Translations under genes and position numbers: made by a program
The notes under the pieces: model-generated
What the model saw: only the letters and a program-made list of their open reading frames with translations
Told to the model about the DNA's origin: nothing
The model's database searches: none
NCBI GenBank assembly: GCA_003971905.1
Contig: RSEE01000028.1
Location: 62,001 to 126,000, forward strand
Source: Moniliella sp. 'wahieum'
Taxonomy: Eukaryota
Length of the DNA stretch: 64,000 bases
Direction of reading: 5' to 3'
Shown here: positions 52,150-64,000 of the stretch, piece by piece
How the letters are laid out: each line of letters opens with the position of its first letter
Numbering within the stretch: the first letter of the stretch is position 1

Positions 52150-53878
52150 ACCAAATGGGCACAGTCCACTTCCACTGCGCTTCCGTGACGACGGACGTGC
52201 TGTATGTTGGCAGGATCCGAATGGTCATCGGCGAGCACAGCAACCAGGTAGCCACGCGAAGTCCAGTAGGCCACCTCGAGGCTCAGGCCGGGGAGAAACG
52301 GGGCTTGGCGCGGTCCTGGACCATGATCCGGCAGGGGGGGAGGGTGCCTTCCACTGCTTGGTACTCTGGGTTGTGGGGGGGGAACACACATGCGTACGCG
52401 GTACCCATTTGGCCATCGGACAGAGTAGTGGGAAAGGCTATTTCGGTCGGGCGGCTGAACCAAGAAACAGGTACGTTCCCGTTGGTGATCGCGTTGGACG
52501 TGCGCTTGATCGTGACCACATCCTTGCTGCTGAGGCGATGCGTTGGGTCTCCGTCAGCCAGAGCAAGCATCGCGTTAGTCAGGTGAATCACACATATTCC
52601 GGAACGTTGTTGTCCGATGAGAATACAGCTGCGATTCGAGAAGAGGAAAGAGCCATGACGGAATGAGCGGCCCGGAATGGTGTACTGAGTCGGAGAAGAG
52701 TTTGCTTTTCCAAGTCGAAGAGAACAAACGAGTGGGACGCGGTGGTGGCAAAGTCGATAAAGAGCACCGTTGGCGTCATGAATACATAGCTCGACCTGTG
52801 CACATGTTCGATCAGCATTCCTGCTCTAGACCAGCTCAGCATCAAGTCCAACCTACCGGCCATGCATGCGCGCTGGCGCCAGTGCATCTGAGCCCACCTT
52901 CTCCTCGAGCACCAGGCAAGGTTCCGACACGCTCACTTTCCCATGATGAACGGAGACCTCGACGGAGTAGAGACTGGTATCCTGGGGGCGGTCCGAGGCG
53001 AAAAATAGTGTTTCAACCGCGTGTGGCAAGGACGTGTCTGGACCAGGCTGCCACGTAGGTTGGTACAACACCCCCCCGCTGGACACCGCCAGTGGGATCG
53101 TGACCACTGCCTCATCCATTCCGATCGTATGGATAGATGAATCGAAAGAAACAACGACAAGTTCCGTCTCCCTGAACGTCATCAATCGGCGTGACCAACG
53201 GACAAAGGCAAGCTTGGTCCCTGAAGGCGAGAAGGAGGGGCCCGAACACAAAGCAAGGCCAGTAGCGAGGGTGGTGGTTGTCTTGTTTCGCATGTCAATC
53301 AGGACCAACTCTTGGGGCACTGGAGGTGATTCGTCAGTACATTCGCCTCGGTCCTCGCGGAGGCAGGCAATGAGATTGGGCACAGCCGGGTGCGGGGCCA
53401 AGTCAGAAAAGTACCAAGTATGCCTCTCGCAATCAGAATCAATCCGTTCTGGCGTGGAATCTCCCGAGTCGAGGGATGGATTTGAGACGCGGTATACCCC
53501 TCCCTTGTCCAGGTCGGTAAAGACAATGCTCCTGTCAGCCAAGACGATACTGGCTCGGCCGGCATGTCTCGGTGCATTGCGACAGGCGTTCGCAGCACCG
53601 CAAGCCATGTCGGTTGGGGGGATCAACTCGACAAGAGGACGAGTGGATGCGGGTAAAGCAGTCAGGTCGGGCACCTCCATATAGACAAGGGCAGTGCGGC
53701 CTGGTTCGGAGGGACGGGACTCGTGCCACAAGAGTGGGGCCGGGACAGTGGGGGAGGAAGGGAGGCCACTGTAGCCACTCAGGACCTGCATAAGTTGCAT
53801 CGACTCCTGTGCGAGAAGATCGGAAGAAATGGGACTGTCCCATGTGCCATACCGGGCTGTTTTCCGCCTCGGCGTCAT
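52150..53878 (-). CDS. S9-family (dipeptidyl/acylaminoacyl peptidase-like) protein, C-terminally truncated
   Basis: ARYGTWDSPISSDLL, WHESRPSEPGR, PSFSPSGTKLAFVRW, FSRPTEIAFP, FPPHNPEY...TLPPC and LEVAYWTSRGYLVA. No GxSxG, Asp or His region seen downstream. Confidence 0.8.
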
Positions 53879-54380
53879 GGCCGCAGAGGCAGCGGTGGTG
53901 GTGATGCCGACGGCCGATGTAGGCTCAACTTGCTCTGTTGGAGCTTCAGTTGAAGCTTCAGTGTTCAGTGATGCAATGATGGTGCCCTCTTTGAAGTATT
54001 GAAGGTTAATTTCACTTCTATGCCTCCCGCGAGCAGATGCGCTCTTGCAACATAATAGGTGTCGCTAATTGGTTGGCTTATTATATAGACCACCACCTCA
54101 TCCACCGCTAGTGCGAATGCATCATCTTCGAGGGTCATCAGGACTGATCAGAGCGGTCGGGCACAGCGATGAATTACTAGTAGGTAGGTGATAGGGAAGC
54201 ACAGAGAGGGTTGGTTCGACCAAACTATCAGACAAAAGAACACGGTGCAAGAGAGTAGAGCAGGACCAAAGGACAGAGGAGACACGGGGCGAATCAAGCT
54301 GAGAGGGGTATCAAGCAGGGTAGTAAGGATATAAGAAGAAGTCGTAAGCGGTTATTGCTTAACGTTTTGAAGAAAGCGCC

Positions 54381-57369
54381 TCAGTAGGGTGATGATGCCG
54401 AGTCGCACAGGCCCGCCACACGTGAGGCAATCACCAATGCATCAGCCACGCTCTGGTGCGCCTGCGAGCCAGGGCGAGTGGTCTTGTGCAACTCGCGAAG
54501 GAGCAGCAGGTAACGAGGTAGCCGTTGTGTTCTGGCCAGGGACAAGAGGTCAATGTCTGCTTTTGGTACACCTTTCAACCGAAAAAGAGGGAGAGGATAC
54601 ATACGGCATAATCACAACGTCCAAAGCCGACAGGCTTTTGGAAAGTCCTATGCCCTCAACACGCGATGGGGAAGGGCAAGGTGTGGTGAACCCCCTCTTA
54701 CGATGAGGCGGGGAATTAAGGCAGGAAGTGGCGTCAGTTGTTGACGAGGGTAAACTTTTTCCTCTTAGTGCGCTCCATTCGCCCTTTGATGACTGGTCGG
54801 CCACTTGGGGGATAGGCTCGGACCGCAATCCAGCCATGATGTCGGGTACAGCAAAGACCATGCGACAAACGTTGCTTCTAGGCTAGCTGCGACTGCGTCA
54901 AACGCAGCGCCTACCCCGATGGCAGTCGGGTCGGCACAAAAGTAGGAAACAAGGGTGTGGGACACGGCCAAGAGCAAGGGTAGTACTTCGGCCAAGGACT
55001 GGAGGTAGGGTGCACTTGCCCCTTGAGACAAAAGTGCTTGTACTGTCCGCAAGAGTGAGGACAGATGCTGGGCATAAGAGCGTTCGGTTTGGTTCAGCTC
55101 CCGGAGGACAAACAATGCTTGCACCTCGTTTCGCCACGTTGTCTCATCGGTCAATGGTCCCTGTTCTTGGCCGGAGGCGTGCCCGAAGCGGGTCAAGAGA
55201 GGATGAGGCGAACAAGGAGATGAAATTTGAGCCGCAGCAGGCTGGGGGCTGGCACTTGCACCCTCTTTTTGGCTTGTCGCTTCGGTTGGCACTAGGCGAT
55301 CCGTGATGTTGGTCGAGGTGGAAGAAGTGCGGGTTGCAGTGAAAGACGGGGTCCGCTGCGAGCAATTCGAACCACTTCTCTCGCTGCTTGGATTGGTTTG
55401 AAGAAGACTTGACTCATGATCGACTCCAGTAGCTTGGCAATGAAGATCTCTCAGTTTCTCGAGCAAGGCCATAAATGCGAAATCGTCGTCCACCACAGAG
55501 TCAGGCGGATAAGAGGGTATTTGAAGGAGCATCTCCGGGGCTGCTCCGTGATCCAAAGGCCGATGGTTGGCATGCCGCTCAGGGAGAGGAGCTACTAAAT
55601 GATCAGTTTCCTCAGAACAAGCAGTGGGTGTAGATTCCCTCTCTCGCACCGCTGACGCAGACTGACATCGTGGCGGACCCATTTCTGGGGTGGAGAGGTC
55701 AGGGGGGAAACGCATTTAAGGCTACTGCGACGGGACGAGACCGTGGAACGAGGGCCGCAGTGTGCCCCTGTGAGGACAAAGGATGACGGGGCTGGCTTTC
55801 CATGTGAGACCGAGCGCAACAAGCGGGTAGAATTCGAAGCTGAACGGCTGAACGTTCCTTCTGTTCGTCCGAGCGAAGTAGATCGAACGGATGGCGACTT
55901 AGCGCGAGAGGTAACGGGAGGGTTGCGTGGTAGAACGTTGACTGCTGGTCCATTCGCGATGACAGAAGAGGGTTGAGTTGCAATCTGAACGTGCACGCTT
56001 TGAGGCTGATTCCGCGATTGCCTCTCTGCACTACATGCTCGTTGCCAGCTTGGCCGTCTTGCTGTTCGGGGAGGGGACAGAGTATCACCCGTAGCCACAC
56101 CCTCTTGAACAGTCTCAACGGCACCAGGGCGCAGGGAGCACCTGCGTTGAATCAATGAGGTCGTTAATGAAGCTTGGGTGGAGTTGGACCGTTTCACCAG
56201 ACTAGATGTAGCGCGCATCAATCGACCTGACCCTCTTGGCATTCCCTGGTCATCAGCTTTTCCTAGCTGAATGCCTGTACTGGAGCAGTTTAATAAAGCA
56301 CAAGCTTCGATCCCAAGAGAAGACTGTGCTGGTTCCGGAGGAGAGGGTGTATCCATATCCGGTTCATGCGGCATGGCGGATGACGCACTATCCCTCTCCG
56401 TCTTTGGCATAGGTAACGGTGAGGAAGAAGGTGATCGACCTTGCCGTGACAAGGAGCGAAGGAGATATCCCATGCCCCTCTTTGGTGATACCTGTGGGCT
56501 AACCCGGAATGTCTTCTGGCCAGTAGGAGAGGGGACCGGAGTCTGACGTCTCCCCCGAGGCGAACAGGCCTCAACTGGTCCCGTCCTGGGTCCGTCAGGA
56601 TGCTGATGATTTTCCGGAATGGTTAATGACATGGGTTTGGCCCGGAACATTTCGGGTTTGGTAACTGAATTGTCTGATTGATGTGCGAGGCATGTCACGC
56701 GAAACGTACATGTTAGTACTAAACAGCTGGGGATTCGGACAAGAGCATCATCACATACCCTTAAAAGAAGGGGCAGGATCTGATGAAAGCCCTTCTTCCT
56801 TGGAACGGTGCCCAGACAAGGGAACATCATCGGTCCCTTTCGGGCTTAGATCACCAGAAGAAAGGACGTTGTAGGCGTAGCGTGCTGCAACGGGATTCGC
56901 AAGCTCGGGTACGAAAGAGTTGTTACTGCCAGCCGGATACGGGGCCGAGGTCGGGTAAGCAGAGGTAGGCTCACCTGCGGGGGTCATTGAACCCAGAGGG
57001 AGCGGGTGCGAGGGAGCTGCGACAGAATGCGGGATGTTATCATGGTTGACGAATTGATGAAAGGCGACGGGGTCCAAAAGAGAGGACGCGGGAGTAAGGA
57101 CGTTTCTGTAGATCGCGTCAAGACGGGGGTGAGGTGTGGACCAAGGTCGAGCTCCAACGTAAGCGGGGCCAAGGGGCCCAGGTACGGATTTGGGAGGGTG
57201 TTTTCGGAAGCAGGAGCGGAAGTAGGAGGCACAAACAGACGGGGGAAGAAGAGGACTGGTAGCAGCCGAGCTGAGATTGAGCAGCTGGGAACGCAGCAGC
57301 TGCGGGTCGTCGCCCACGCTGATCATGATGTCGATGGCAGGAAGGACCTGGGTTAGGTGGAAAAGACAT
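54381..57369 (-). CDS. RhoGEF (DH domain) protein with a long disordered N-terminus
   Basis: DH motifs VLRELNQTERSYAQHLSSL and TQRLPRYLLLLRELHKTT. Ser/Pro-rich upstream ORFs are joined by frameshifts. Confidence 0.8.
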
Positions 57370-58885
57370 GATGGTTGGAAGAGAGAGAGGAGGGAGCGGG
57401 GGATGGTGACTCAATGTGAGTGGATGATGGATGATCGAACCGATCGCTGGTTGGTTACGGTTGCGGTTACCGGAAACAAGTAGCCGTGCTAGATTCCTAC
57501 AAGTTGGTTGCAATGTCATTACTTAGTTCCAGTTATTCGCTACTAGCCACTGTCGTTCTGGTTGAGAGCGAGAGGCCGATCGTCCCCTCTGTAACCTTCC
57601 GTAGCCCCACAGCCACTCTTCACATCTCTGCACCGGCCAACGGGTCACAGCACGCAGCCACAGTACACCGTCTCGGCCGGAAATGGCGCGATGGTAACCG
57701 GTGAATGCGCACATGGCATAAGAGCATGCTTGATGATGCCTAGGATGGGGTGCACGAGCGCAAGTGCGGGTCCGCTGTGGAGACAAGGCAATGGAGTGCA
57801 GTGATTAAACTACTATCGATTGCGGAGTACCGCCTACACCTGAGACCCAGTACCTCAGTACACTCAGTTCCACAATTAGCCAAGGAAGGCGACGAAGGGG
57901 GGCTGTGTTGATGCACTGCGTGATGCAATGGCGCCAGTACAATGGCTGGGACCGTGCGTGACACAGCCTGGCCCAGCGCGTCCGTCGACATGAACGAGAA
58001 AATTCACAATTTGATTCACTCCCTGTGGTACATACAATTGAGATGCCATATTGGATGCCGCCCACATCCGCATCACGCGTCCCGCGTCAAGCTTCAAGCT
58101 AGCTAGCTTCACACTTGGGGCTTCGTGCGTAGGAGCCGCCGCAGAACAGCCCCCAAATGGGTAAGGCGGGTAACTGGTAACCGGTAACATTAAAACAGGT
58201 AAAACGTGTAACCCGGTAACATGTAACAAGGCAAGCTGCTGATGACTAGGTGACTGGTGAAACCGGTGGAGCGCTGAGCTCAGCGCATCGAGCATCGAGC
58301 ATCCCACATGCAATAATCGTCCTTTCGAGAAGCGCAAAAGCAGCACTGACGTTTTCGGATCGATGATTTGAGATCTCTCAGTCATGTTTTATCCACTGAG
58401 ATCGGCACTTAGTTGTACTTGGCCACCTTGAAGCTGCAAGTCGATGAAGCTAGGTACGTTGGGCGTGTCGGACATAGGAACCATGTGACATGTGACACGA
58501 GAACGCTATTACCCGTTACGCGTTACATTGCACGTTAAACATGTTGGACAGAAAAGATGGAACCGGTGGCGACGCGCGAGACGCCAATGGCGACGCCACA
58601 GAGCCTCAGGCCTGAGATCTTCTGAGACCAGCCGCCCCCCAGGAAGTGGGTACTGGGTGTACTGAGTACTGATCGATGATCGGCATCCCGCGTCTTGAAG
58701 CTTGACCGGTGATCGATGATCGGTCGTCGAAGCGCCCACCGGCCCTGGAGATCAATTCAATCATGCCTTGCATACCCAGTTGGTCACGCGGCACGCCATA
58801 TTCGTTTTCTATCCATACCACATCCAGAATCCAATGCCGGCAGCCACAGCCAGAGATGCGTATTGCACGCGCTTGAGCACTTGGG

Positions 58886-58930
58886 CTTGAAGCTTGAAGC
58901 TTGAAGCTTGAGATCGATGAGAGCTTGAGA
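58886..58930 (+). repeat. (AGCTTGA)n heptamer array
   Basis: The unit is the reverse complement of the unit at 11952-12053. Confidence 0.9.
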
Positions 58931-60760
58931 GGCCAGAGTGTGAGAGGGTACGGCTAGGGTTCTCCTGCACAGCCATCATGCATCATGCATCATGCAAAAT
59001 GATGTTGATGATTGGGGACGTTCTCTAGTCGGACCGAAGCGTTCTTCCGCTGGCAACTTTCAGTACATACTCGGTACTCAGTGCAACACACCCTTTCTCT
59101 TCTCCGTCTCTCCTATCTCTTTCCCTTCAGTCGATCAAGTTGAAGCTTGAAGCGTTGGCTTGAAGGCTGCTCTGCAGCGGACCCAGTGAAATCCCCTGTA
59201 CTACAAGACCACAGAGAACAACAGGCAGTCGAACGTGGATGGTACGCTGTGGTTGCATTCCCGGGCACCTGCATCAGCAGATCGTTACAGCCGCCTAGAG
59301 AACACAGATTCTTGTCCTCGAGGAAGGCGTATATATAGGAAGAAACACCCAAGAAGGGAATCGGCGTGGGCTACCGTGGTACCACTACCCCAGTCTGGCA
59401 CCGTCCCCGCGTGCTCTTAAGCCACACTCGAGGACTTCAAGCAAGAAACGTGCTGCGCCTACACGTCTCCAGGAATCAGGATCAACACACAGTTATTTCT
59501 TTCCAGTGCCCTAACATCTTGCTCTTATTCTTGTCCTCTTGGCGGCGTAGCATCCTCGCGTCGTCATGACCTGCGTGGCCAAGGGGAGGAAAGGTTCTTG
59601 AGCACTGAGGGCTCCTCTAGGACGTGGTGTTCTTGTCGCATTCCACTTGCTCCAAAACTCGATGTAGCTCTTTCTCCCGCGGCGTTCCAAAAGCGTTGCG
59701 GTTCTCTCATGTATCTTATGTACCTTCAGATAGAGCCCATGAGCTTGAGGATCGGCTTCCGTCGCACAGTTTCTTTCGTGCAATGAGCCAAACTTGGACC
59801 GGGTGCGGATGCAAACCAAGATGTGCTCAAGCGGTCAAGCTGCTTAAGCGAGGACATGAGATCTGAGACTACACTTGCATTTGCGGCACGAGGGTCGACA
59901 AAGGGTACGGAGCTGGAAACCAATCTGAACCTGCTTATCGACGAGCTGTTGGCACGTGTCTACTGACATTGAGAGGAAAGCCAAGTGTAATGCAGTGAGT
60001 AGAGCACATTGCTGTGCTCCACCACATTGCGGCCGTCGGTCACGTCGCGCCTCTTGAGTAGCTCCTGCCTACGCTTCTCCCGCATCTTCAGACGGCGCCT
60101 ACACTGCTGCGTGGTAAACGCGTTCGCTATGAATGTGGCCGAGGGGGCAACAAAAGTGGTACTAAGACAGTTTGACCTCGTTGGCGGCAGCACGCGCGTG
60201 GGGCGCCCCTCAGCGACTGGTTACCGGGTACAGGTTACCCCGCTGTTTTCCTTGCTCCGCAGCCACAGACGCGGTGGAATGTGACGGTCCCATTTGAGGT
60301 CCTTACGCATATAGCAGGTACCATCATCCGTGCGTCTAGCCCACACCACCAATGAGCATAGTGATGGCATCACAGTCGAGGGCCATCCGACCTCAGGACC
60401 CCTGTGGTGGGTTCATCAACTACACATTACTCCCGCGTCCCTGTCATATCTCGCCATGGGCAGAATCGTGCCAACTCTTTCCTGCATAGAATTATATCCT
60501 CTCCGTCCCTTCACCTGTCTTCCATGAGGTACAGATGGACCTTCCCCCCTCCGTCCACCGGTTCCGCCAGGTCCAAGAATTGAGTGGGATGAGGCAATGG
60601 TCTGCCGTTCTTCGTTGAATGATACAGGGTCCATGGGAAGGGAAGACGGGGGTGCGCGCGATCCAGGGCGTGAGCGACCGCATATTGTTCCTCGTCCCTG
60701 CCCCGTGGGGGGGCGAAATGGGCAGGATGGGATGGATGGATGGAGGATCGTGTCGAGGCG

Positions 60761-62562
60761 CTATGGTGAAGCGCTTCTCGGTTGGGGCGAAGGCGAACGC
60801 CGCGGGGTGGGGAGGGTGCGGGCGAGTTGGCCGGTGGAACGAGCGCCGAGAAGGGGTGCCATTTGCATGCTATTCCCGCCGCCTTCGTCCGATGAGCTCG
60901 CGTCATCCATCTCCTCGTCCTCCAGCGCAAACACCGTCCCGCCAGGGGGGTAGCTTCGTGTGCTTCGCCCGGCTCCCACCCCCGCCCCTGCTTCCAGATC
61001 CACCTCGCCATCGCCCCTTGGCGGAAGGGCAAAGCCGGCCGTGGTGGGGAGAAGGACCCGGCTATCGCGCCGGACGCCAAAGGCCGAAGTGGGCCGCAAG
61101 ACACCCGGCGCGGCGGAAAGCGGGGCGGGCGAGGAAGAACGGTAGGCGTAATGCAGCTCCATTGCTTCGCGCATCTCGTCCGAGAGGAAGACATAAAAGC
61201 AGATGGTGGCGAGACAACCTCCTGCAACGAGATCGATAAGGTAGTGGTGCATCAGGTACATAGTGCACCAGTACAGCCAGCCTGCGTATGCCCAGTAGAC
61301 CACCCGCATGTCCAGGCGCACTTGCCGGGTCGCACTCTTGAAGAGAGTAACTCCAACAGGGAAAAAGTAGGACAACATCAGAGCTTCCATCGTGGCCGAT
61401 CCTGAGTGAAGGGAGGGGAAGGCGCCAAATGGAACAGGTGCATTGGTAAAGGTAAGGGTGTACCCGTGGCCGCCAAACAGTCGGTCAATCCGAGCAAGTC
61501 CGGCAGGCGAGCCCTTCATCCCATAGTTGGCGGGTGTCAGGCCTTCACGGAGCTCGTACCCTGTTGGCCAAAGTGTTATTTTTTTGCAGACAGTGAAAAA
61601 AGGGGGGAAAGGCAGGACATACAAGGAGGTGCACACGGCACCAGGATCTGAATCACCACACCAAATATGTTGAGAAAGCCAAAGGCAGCGGCAAAAAACT
61701 TGACGCTGGCTGGGGGTCCAAAGATGAAAAGCAATGCGGCAACGACAAAGGGCCCGGCAAAGTGAACCAGACCGTAAGGGATCCAGGCAAATATATCAAG
61801 GATGGGGTGGCCAAAGTTGGTTAGGATTTCCGAGATGGATGCACCATACCAGACTGTCTCAAGGGTTGACAGGAGCGACCCAAATGTGGGGGCGATCGGC
61901 GGGCGGGATGAACTGAGACGAGTAGTAGAAAAGCAGCCAGCAGAGAATGGGGGCGGCGGGAAGAAAGAATTGGCTGGTGACAGGGACGAGAATGACGACC
62001 GCATAGAGCAGCGGGAACAAGCTTGAGTGGGAAGCCGGGAACCTTCATGATGAAGAGGCTGAATACGGACAGCAGCCATGAATGAGTACTTGAATACGTC
62101 TTGGCGCGTCCATTGGTAGGCACGCAGACGGCGAAGCGAAAGGGCGACCGACGTGTCGAGTTCGAGGCGGCAGGACGCGGTAAGGGCACGGGAGAGAAGG
62201 TAGCGGAGGAAGGGTGGGACGCGGGTCCATGTGGCAATGATGTGCTGCAGGCGTACGATGGCGGCGGGCTCGATGTACTCGTCGCCGGGGCGGGCGTCGG
62301 GCGGGGAGGGGGCGATGGGGGGGGTCGGGGCAGCAGCGCCGGCAGCAGTGCGGCGGGCAGATGCGGTAGCTGCTCCTCCAGCACTGCCCGGAGCGCCGCC
62401 GTTGGCGACGCCTGCAAAGCGCACGCCACTGGCAGCCATGGAGGGGGCGGGATGGGCGCAGGGGGGGCAGCCTAGCAGCGGTGGGGCCAGGCGATGGGAT
62501 GCGATGAGCGCCGCGTAGTTAGCCGCTGGCGTGGTGCTGCACACGTCGCCCCAGGAGGCCAT
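60761..62562 (-). CDS. AUR1: Inositol phosphorylceramide synthase catalytic subunit (Aur1/Ipc1)
   Basis: LDIFAWIPYGLVHF, MKGSPAGLARIDRLFG, PVPFGAFPSLHSG and WCTMYLMHHYLIDLVAG. Confidence 0.95.
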
Positions 62563-63151
62563 TGAATATGCACTGCGTTACTATTGACTAGTGGCGATGC
62601 CAGTTACTTAAGCCTGCTGAGCCTGAGCGACTCGAGCATATTCATCCAACGCCTCTCTCGAGTGTGATTACCCGGGCAGCTGACCTAACTAGGAGCTTGC
62701 GCCCCACCCCAGGGCCCCAGGTGTGCTCAGGCTGCCCTGTTGCGCTCAGCGCGCTTGGGGGCGCCTGTATCCCCTCCTCTGCCTTCCTATCCGACCAGTG
62801 GCTACGCGCCAACGAAGAAACCACCCCATCCGACCCCCCAGCAAGCCAGGGCGGCGTGCCACAGAATGGGCGGGCATCTTTCGAGAGCATCAGAAAATAA
62901 CGAACGAGCGGGACCAGAGCGCACAGATGCAGAGTCGCACGTAATGGGGGGGGTGGGGGAGGAGGGGGGGACTCGAATGGCACGTTGACGCGGAGTGACT
63001 AGCACATAGTGATGAGAGAAAGATGTGTTGGAAGGAGGAGCAAAACGGGGTCTGAGATCTGTGATGATCTGAGGGGCCCCGCCCCCGCTGTCGCGACGAC
63101 AGCGCAAGCGTACAAGAGGTATCCCATCACTGCACACATGTGCAGAACAGG

Positions 63152-64000
63152 TTACTGCGCCTTGGCTTCCGCCACCAGCCTGGCCTCATACCTGGCCACA
63201 CGATCGGCCTGGGCTAAGGCCTCAGCCGCCTTAATGATTTGAATCACGTTGATCACTTGCTTTAAGGCGCAAATGGGCAAGGTGAGTACGCAGAGGATCT
63301 GGGGCCAGGTAAGTTGGCTGATGAGGCGGAGCAATGTCTGAACAAGGGGCCTTGGACGCCCTTGCTTGCCGCCACCACCCATTCAGAGGCAAGGGCGAGG
63401 TCAAAGCGGCACAGAGGTGCCAACAGATATGCAGGCTGAATCCCAAGGGGGGTGGTGTAGGACTTCATGAGGTAAAGCGCAACAAAAATAACTCGTTGGC
63501 GGCACAAACCAGGAAGAGGACGTTGCTGTTGTGGTAGTAATACCACAACCACCTGCTCGTTTCTTTCGACACCTTTTTGTGGGAAGCAGAGCCCCCGGAA
63601 ATAGCGGCATACATGAATGTAGTGACTGCTGAAGTCAAGGGCAATCAGCAGCTGAAACAAGATCTTATAGTTGGGCCAAGCGGCTGTGAGGAAGCAAAGC
63701 AAGCACGAAGTGGTGCAGCTGTTCAACAGATATCAGCACCCTGCCCGCGTCGAATGGCGAAACACCACAACGAACTGAAGCGAGGGGGTCCACAGGCGTA
63801 CTTACCGATCGGTAATCATATCAAGAACAGCACCAAATTGGGTTGACTGGTTAAGCGCACGAGCAGCCATACCATCAAACGCATCGAGGAGACACGAACG
63901 CAGTACAGCACAGTGCAGTACTTTGGATGCGTGTCCATGAAAATCAGGCTTCCAAGGGCAAGGACAAACGCGAGCGTACCCAATCAAGTTCGGTACGAAG
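63152..64000 (-). CDS. PIS1: Phosphatidylinositol synthase, 5' end outside the window
   Basis: FVPNLIGYARV, the CDP-alcohol phosphotransferase motif LDAFDGMAARALNQSTQFGAVLDMITDR, CTTSCLLCFL, LDFSSHYIH and KQVINVIQ. Confidence 0.95.

Overview
Eukaryotic, GC-rich fungal genomic DNA, probably a basidiomycete (inferred from short GT..CTRAC..AG introns and the gene set). About 20 protein-coding loci are recognisable: APC1, a DHA1 MFS transporter, UTP4, an MCT-type MFS transporter, a LURP-one/Tubby-like protein, TTI2, URB1, a CCCH zinc-finger protein, a DUF2241/ACT protein, TRP4, RPS20, a CipC-like protein, a GT32 mannosyltransferase, PIG-H, an S9 peptidase-like gene, a RhoGEF, AUR1 and PIS1. Nearly all carry frameshifts that look like long-read consensus errors, so gene boundaries are approximate. 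Three things stand out. (1) Intergenic DNA follows a recurring 7-bp pattern of T[C/G/A/T]A plus a palindromic tetramer, tandemly iterated with many different tetramers. (2) An S9 peptidase lacking its catalytic half runs in frame into PIG-H. (3) Inositol-lipid genes are close together: PIS1 and AUR1 are adjacent, with PIG-H and GT32 nearby. I saw no rRNA, tRNA, CRISPR array or clear transposon. All family calls come from recognising motifs by eye, not from database searches.
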